Below are positions 58,836-64,000 of a DNA stretch of 64,000 nucleotides, piece after piece. The position numbers and the translations under genes were made by a program. Where the stretch lies: the NCBI GenBank assembly GCA_046291695.1, contig JBKBSO010000008.1, forward strand, positions 5,419 through 69,418, written 5' to 3'. Below the pieces are notes generated by a model. The model had not been told where the DNA came from, searched no databases, and saw only the letters and a list, made by a program, of their open reading frames with translations. Within the stretch, counting starts at the first letter, position 1, and every line of letters begins with the position of its first letter. Source of the stretch: Bacteroidia bacterium. Its GTDB lineage: Bacteria; Bacteroidota; Bacteroidia; UBA7662.

Positions 58836-60938
58836 ATGAACAATGCCATGAAAACCAGCCTAATGATGACGGCTCTTTTGTTGTTTAGCCTGCTGCAACC
58901 CCTGCAAGCGCAACAAATACTCACCGAAGAAATGCTGTGGGATATGCGAAGCGTAGGTGCTCCTGCCGTGCAGCCCAACGGAAATAATGCGGCTTACAGT
59001 GTTCGTACGACCAGTCTAAGCGAAAACAAAGGCCAAAACGATTTGTATGTAGTGAACCTGTCATCTGGCAAAATAAGCCAGCTTACCAATACCAGTTTCA
59101 ACGAATCGCAATACAGTTGGCATCCTGCTGGTGAGTACATCGGTTTCCTGAGCAACGAATCGGGCAGCAGCCAATTGTGGGAAATAAAAGTCGATGGCAG
59201 CAATAAACGACAAGTGAGCGATATTGCTGGCGGCATCAATGGTTACGGCTACAGCCCCGATGGCAAGCATATTTTTTACATCAAAAGGGTGAAGCTCGAC
59301 CAAAGCCTGCAAGACTTGTATCCCCAACTGAGCAAAGCTACAGGCCAGCTGTTCGATGGTTTGATGTACCGTCATTGGGACAGTTTCCATGATGGCACAT
59401 ACAGCCATATTTTTATTCAGGCTTATCAGGATGGAAAGCTAGTTGCTGATGCCAAAGACATCATGCAAGGCGAAAAATTCCATAGTCCCCTGCAGCCTTT
59501 CGGCGGCAGCGACGACATCTGTTGGGCGCCTGACGGACAAAGCCTGGTATATACCAGCAAAAAACTGCATGGAACGGCTTCAGCTACCAGCACCAATTCC
59601 GACCTCTACCACTACCAATTAACCACAGGAGAAACCATAAACTTAACTTCAGGCATGATGGGCTACGACCAACACCCCATTTTTTCGCCCGATGGTAGTA
59701 AGCTCGCCTGGTTAAGCATGGAGCGCGATGGCTATGAAGCCGATAAAAACCGGGTAATGGTTATGGACATGGCCAGCAAGCGAATCAGCGAGGTCACCAA
59801 AAACTTCGAGAACAGTGCCAATGCCCTTTTCTGGGGAAAAGACGCGAATCGCCTCTTCTTTGGTGCTTACGCCCAAGGCACCAGCCAATTGTATGAGCAC
59901 TTTTTCGATCTTGGCCAAGCCGCCAAAACCTATGGCATCAAAACCAAACTAAAAGGTTCGGCCACTTTGGTGGTTACCACTGGTCAGTTTAATCATGGTG
60001 GTTACGCCTATGTTGGCAGCGGAAAAAACGGCGAAATGCTGCTGTTACGCCAATCTATGCTACGTCCGGCAGAACTCTACAGCCTCGATTTAAACAGCAA
60101 AAAGCTGCGCAGCCTTACCGATGTTAATGGCGCCATTTATGCCAACCTCAAACCTGCCCGCATCGAATCGCGCCAAATTGGCACGAGTGATGGTAAGGAG
60201 CTGCAAAGTTGGGTAATCTACCCACCCGACTTCGATCCAAACAAAAAGTATCCTACGCTTTTATACTGTCAGGGCGGTCCGCAAAGCATGATCGGGCAGT
60301 CTTTCAGCACCCGTTGGAATTTCTACCTCATGGCCAGCAAAGGTTATATTGTCGTAGCTCCGAACCGTCGTGGTTTACCCGGCTTTGGCCAGGAGTGGAA
60401 TGAGCAAATCAGCGGCGATTGGGGCGGACAAGCCATGCAAGATTACCTATCGGCCATCGACAGCCTGGCCAAGGAGCCTTATGTAGATACCGACCGTTTG
60501 GGGGCAGTAGGTGCTTCTTTCGGTGGATATTCGGTTTATTGGCTGGCTGGCAATCATAACAAGCGATTTAAGGCCTTTATTTCACATTGCGGGGTGTATA
60601 ACCTGGAGTCGATGTACGGTCAAACCGAAGAAATATTCTTCACTGATTTTGAGATGAAAGGACAACCTTGGGAACAACCCCAACCGGCCAGCTATAGCAA
60701 ATTTTCACCACATCATTTTGCCCGAAACTGGGATACGCCCATCCTCGTCATCCACAACGAAAAAGACTACCGTGTACCGCTTGCCCAAGGCATGGAAGCT
60801 TTTACAGCGGCACAACTTCAAGGCATTCCCAGCAAATTTTTGTATTTCCCCGACGAAAACCATTGGGTATTAAAGCCGCAAAATAGTGTGCTGTGGCAAA
60901 AAGTGTTCTTCAACTGGCTCGATAGCTACCTCAAATAA
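58836..60938 (+). CDS. S9 family serine peptidase (DPP5 / acylaminoacyl-peptidase-like)
   Basis: Signal peptide, PD40-type propeller repeats, QGGPQS, GASFGG, KDYRV, DENHW; -7 box at 58749-58756. Confidence 0.92.
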   Translation: MNNAMKTSLMMTALLLFSLLQPLQAQQILTEEMLWDMRSVGAPAVQPNGNNAAYSVRTTSLSENKGQNDLYVVNLSSGKISQLTNTSFNESQYSWHPAGEYIGFLSNESGSSQLWEIKVDGSNKRQVSDIAGGINGYGYSPDGKHIFYIKRVKLDQSLQDLYPQLSKATGQLFDGLMYRHWDSFHDGTYSHIFIQAYQDGKLVADAKDIMQGEKFHSPLQPFGGSDDICWAPDGQSLVYTSKKLHGTASATSTNSDLYHYQLTTGETINLTSGMMGYDQHPIFSPDGSKLAWLSMERDGYEADKNRVMVMDMASKRISEVTKNFENSANALFWGKDANRLFFGAYAQGTSQLYEHFFDLGQAAKTYGIKTKLKGSATLVVTTGQFNHGGYAYVGSGKNGEMLLLRQSMLRPAELYSLDLNSKKLRSLTDVNGAIYANLKPARIESRQIGTSDGKELQSWVIYPPDFDPNKKYPTLLYCQGGPQSMIGQSFSTRWNFYLMASKGYIVVAPNRRGLPGFGQEWNEQISGDWGGQAMQDYLSAIDSLAKEPYVDTDRLGAVGASFGGYSVYWLAGNHNKRFKAFISHCGVYNLESMYGQTEEIFFTDFEMKGQPWEQPQPASYSKFSPHHFARNWDTPILVIHNEKDYRVPLAQGMEAFTAAQLQGIPSKFLYFPDENHWVLKPQNSVLWQKVFFNWLDSYLK

Positions 60939-60942
60939 ACCA

Positions 60943-63057
60943 ATGAATCACATCCAATTTAGTCCCCTACTCATGATGCTTGCCATCGGCTGTACCCAAA
61001 CAACAAAAATGGAAGAACCTCAAGCACCAGTTGCTCAAAAAATACCTACTGAACTCAATATGCATGGCCATACACGTGTTGACAACTATTACTGGCTCAA
61101 TGAACGTGAAAACCCGGAGGTAATCGACTACCTGAATGCCGAAAACGACTATAAGGAAAAGGTTTTGGCCCATACTAAAAAGCTTCAAGATGAACTCTTC
61201 AACGAAATGAAGGGCCGCATTAAAGAAGATGATAGCAACGTGCCTTATTTCTCAAATGGCTATTGGTATTATGTGCGCTTTGAGACAGAAAAAAACTACC
61301 CCATTTATTGCCGCAAAGCGGAAAGCATGGAAGCTGCTGAAGAAATTATGTTCGACGTGAACCAATATGCCGAAGGATACGAATATTTCAGTCTTGTCGG
61401 GGTACGCGTGAGTCCCGATAACCAAATAGCCATGTTTTTTACCGATACGGTAGGACGCCGGCAGTACAGCCTGTCGTTTAAAAACCTCATTACGGGCGAA
61501 CAGCTTCCGGTAAGCATTTACCCCACCAATGGGGCTGCAGCCTGGGCTTCTGACAACAAAACAGTCTTTTACGGCACCAACGATGCACAAACCCTGCGCT
61601 CAGATAAGATCTGGAAATACCGTCTCGGTGAAGAACCGGCTGCTGCAAAATTGGCTTTCGAAGAAAAGGACGAGACTTTCAATACATACGTATTCCTTTC
61701 TAAATCGCGGAAATACATTTACATCAGCAGTGGCAGTACACTAACCTCGGAGCAGCAGTTCATCAATGCCAATGAACCAAATACCGACTTTAAGCTAATT
61801 CAACCAAGAACCCGCGGCATTGAATACGATGCCGAAGATTATGGCAATGATTTTTATATCCGAACCAATAAAGATGCCCGGAATTTTTGCCTTATGAAGA
61901 CTCCCATTGCGCGTCCGCAAATGAGCAACTGGCAGGTGGTAATCCCACATCGCGAGGAAGTACTTCTCGAAGACACCGAATATTTCAGTGATTATATGGT
62001 GCTTCAAGAGCGCTCCGAAGGCCTCACACGCTTAAGGGTGCGCGATTGGAAAGGGCAAACCGATTACTTCATTCCGATGAACGATCCGGCTTGGTACGTT
62101 TACCCCGAAATAAACCGCGAATACAACACCAGCATTTTGCGTTACGGATACACCTCGCTTACCACGCCAAACACCATTTTTAGCTTCGATATGAAAACGC
62201 GGGAGCAAAAAATACTCAAGCAACAAGAAGTTTTGGGCGATTTCAAAGCCGAAAACTATGTATCAGAACGCTTTTTTGTAAGTGCACGCGATGGTGCTCA
62301 GATTCCAGTGTCGCTGGTCTACCGCAAATCGGCGAAAAATGAAAACGGCAACCCTACCTTGCTGTATGGCTATGGTAGTTACGGCTCAAGCATGGATGCT
62401 TATTTCAGTAGCAACCGACTGAGCTTACTCGATCGCGGATTTGTATTTGCCATCGCCCACATTCGTGGTGGCGAAGAAATGGGCCGTGAGTGGTACGAAA
62501 ACGGCAAATTGCTGAACAAGAAAAACACCTTTTACGACTTTATCGATTGTGGCGAATTTCTGCTGGCCAATAACTACACCACTCCTGGCCAGCTATATGC
62601 CATGGGTGGTAGTGCCGGTGGCTTGCTGATGGGTGCAGTGATCAATATGCGTCCTGATTTGTGGCATGGCGTGGTGGCTCAGGTTCCCTTTGTTGATGTG
62701 ATTACCACCATGCTCGACGAAAGCATTCCGCTCACCACCGGAGAATACGACGAATGGGGAAATCCGAATGATAAAACCTATTACGACTATATGCTCTCCT
62801 ACTCGCCCTACGACCAAGTCAGCAAACAAGCCTATCCGAATATACTGGTCACCACGGGCTTGCACGATTCTCAGGTGCAATATTGGGAACCAGCCAAATG
62901 GGTGGCCAAAATGCGCGAATACCAGCAAGGAAGCGGAAAAATTTTGCTCAAAACCGATATGAATGCTGGTCACGGCGGGAAGTCGGGCCGCTTTAACGCC
63001 TTGCACGATACCGCTCTGGAATACGCCTTTCTGCTCGATTTGGCCAAGGCCAATTGA
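60943..63057 (+). CDS. ptrB: Oligopeptidase B (S9A)
   Basis: RVDNYYWL, YGYGSYG, HIRGG, GGSAGG, HDSQVQYWEPAKW, AGHGG. Confidence 0.95.
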   Translation: MNHIQFSPLLMMLAIGCTQTTKMEEPQAPVAQKIPTELNMHGHTRVDNYYWLNERENPEVIDYLNAENDYKEKVLAHTKKLQDELFNEMKGRIKEDDSNVPYFSNGYWYYVRFETEKNYPIYCRKAESMEAAEEIMFDVNQYAEGYEYFSLVGVRVSPDNQIAMFFTDTVGRRQYSLSFKNLITGEQLPVSIYPTNGAAAWASDNKTVFYGTNDAQTLRSDKIWKYRLGEEPAAAKLAFEEKDETFNTYVFLSKSRKYIYISSGSTLTSEQQFINANEPNTDFKLIQPRTRGIEYDAEDYGNDFYIRTNKDARNFCLMKTPIARPQMSNWQVVIPHREEVLLEDTEYFSDYMVLQERSEGLTRLRVRDWKGQTDYFIPMNDPAWYVYPEINREYNTSILRYGYTSLTTPNTIFSFDMKTREQKILKQQEVLGDFKAENYVSERFFVSARDGAQIPVSLVYRKSAKNENGNPTLLYGYGSYGSSMDAYFSSNRLSLLDRGFVFAIAHIRGGEEMGREWYENGKLLNKKNTFYDFIDCGEFLLANNYTTPGQLYAMGGSAGGLLMGAVINMRPDLWHGVVAQVPFVDVITTMLDESIPLTTGEYDEWGNPNDKTYYDYMLSYSPYDQVSKQAYPNILVTTGLHDSQVQYWEPAKWVAKMREYQQGSGKILLKTDMNAGHGGKSGRFNALHDTALEYAFLLDLAKAN

Positions 63058-63058
63058 G

Positions 63059-63114
63059 TGCGAAGGATGAGGAACGAAGTATGAAGTATGAGGCTCGAAG
63101 CAAGAGGTTCGAAG
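63059..63114 (+). repeat. Degenerate 7-bp tandem array, 8 units (NNNGARG)
   Basis: TGCGAAG GATGAGG AACGAAG TATGAAG TATGAGG CTCGAAG CAAGAGG TTCGAAG. Confidence 0.75.
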
Positions 63115-63140
63115 ATAAAATTATGAAGTAAGGAAGTTGG

Positions 63141-63175
63141 TGGCACTAGTTGATGCTTGAATTCTGCTAGTGCCA
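63141..63175. other. 9-bp inverted repeat / hairpin
   Basis: TGGCACTAG-N17-CTAGTGCCA. Confidence 0.6.
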
Positions 63176-63227
63176 TTACCGCTCCTTTACCTCATTATGC
63201 ATAGTCAACCTATTTTAGGCAAGTACA

Positions 63228-63624
63228 GTTGTGTCGTGTACCGAATCCCGAATAGCGAGCCCTAGGCACGCGATGAATCCTGAATTTCAATGTTCGGATA
63301 CGTGTCCGTTGGGTTTTACCGCACCCCAATGTGGCGTGAACGCTTGCGCACCTACAGTGCGCTATTTTGAGAGTTCGTCTCTTTTTATGTTACCCGGCTT
63401 AGGTCCCTACAGAACTGTTATGCCTTATGATCGGAGCCGAAACCATTGGGTTGTGTCGTGAATCGAATTTTGAATGCTGAATAGCGGGCCGCAGACACGC
63501 GATGAATTTTGAATTTCAATAATCAAAGGCGTGCTCATTGGGTTAAGCCGTTCACCCACCTTGAACTTTAAACCTTGAACCTTGAACCGACACGAAGTGC
63601 GATCGAAGGCGTGTCCATTGGGTT
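63228..63624 (+). repeat. Dispersed ~90-bp repeat: two full copies and one partial
   Basis: Copies 63228-63315 and 63450-63544 share GTTGTGTCGTG, GAATAGCG, CACGCGATGAAT, TGAATTTCAAT, CGTG..C.TTGGGTT; partial copy at 63588-63624. Confidence 0.7.
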
Positions 63625-63660
63625 ATCCCGTAACCCATTTTGAATCTTGAATTTTGAATC
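63559..63660 (+). repeat. Two short 7-bp arrays (CCTTGAA-type and TTTTGAA-type)
   Basis: CCTTGAA CTTTAAA CCTTGAA CCTTGAA at 63559-63586; TTTTGAA TCTTGAA TTTTGAA at 63638-63658. Confidence 0.7.
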
Positions 63661-63663
63661 GCC

Positions 63664-64000
63664 TTATTCAATCGCCAACTCTATCCGCCTATTCCGGTTG
63701 CGGTCAGCATTGGTAAAACTACCATCTGTACCACTTGGACCAAACTTCGGGTCTTCCTCGCCACGCCCTTCGGTGATGATGCGATCGGCTGAAACACCCA
63801 TGCTCACCAAACGCGCTTTTACACTTTGCGCCCGCTGACGCGATAACTCCATATTTGATTCTGCACTGCCTACATCATCGGTATGGCCCGTAATACGCAA
63901 CTTGAACATCGTATTTGAAGATTCATTGAGGTATTTTACCAGATTACGAAGATTTTCTAAATCATCTTCCTGCCGTTGTCTACAGGCTTCTTGTTCAGAT
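63664..64000 (-). CDS. OmpA-family C-terminal peptidoglycan-binding domain, 3' part of a gene entering from the right edge
   Basis: ITGHTDDVG, N..LSRQRA..V, GRGE..P, RNRRIE; frame open to the window end. Confidence 0.9.
   Translation of the reverse strand, partial: SEQEACRQRQEDDLENLRNLVKYLNESSNTMFKLRITGHTDDVGSAESNMELSRQRAQSVKARLVSMGVSADRIITEGRGEEDPKFGPSGTDGSFTNADRNRNRRIELAIE

Noticed and set aside
63228-63624. Integron attC sites
   Set aside because: No RYYYAAC...GTTRRRY pairs, no cassette ORFs between the copies, and no integrase.
63059-63660. CRISPR array
   Set aside because: Repeats are degenerate and unequal in length, there is no constant repeat-spacer period, and no cas genes are in the window.
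1-64000. rRNA or tRNA genes
   Set aside because: No cloverleaf/T-loop signature or rRNA-conserved sequence seen by eye in the intergenic regions; tRNAscan-SE would confirm.

Overview
A 64-kb chromosomal window from a Bacteroidota bacterium. The assignment rests on many TAnnTTTG -7 promoter boxes, a T9SS C-terminal sorting domain and Bacteroidota-type gene neighbourhoods. Most of it is housekeeping: guaA, mtaB, lipB, pgi, prfB with its +1 frameshift, rfaD, queD, fabD, prmC, ribD, rlmH, amn, holA, ribF, truB, uppP, ftsX, leuS and two S9 peptidases. Partial genes lie at both ends: crtW on the left (missed by the ORF track) and an OmpA-domain gene on the right. I saw no rRNA, tRNA or CRISPR array. 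Five things stand out. (1) A CxxC redoxin gene precedes a predicted T9SS-secreted protein fusing a c-type cytochrome to a PHM/DBM-like two-copper monooxygenase with all six Cu ligands. (2) A ~400-bp, ~35% GC, expanded leucine-specific domain sits in frame inside an otherwise ~50-60% GC part of leuS. (3) An internally deleted 494-bp class IIC group II intron lies just downstream of an intrinsic terminator. (4) An HlyD-VTC-DUF4956-propeller operon carries an in-frame TGA and a 1-bp frameshift. (5) A composite repeat region follows ptrB. All family assignments come from motif recognition and memory; no database search was run.
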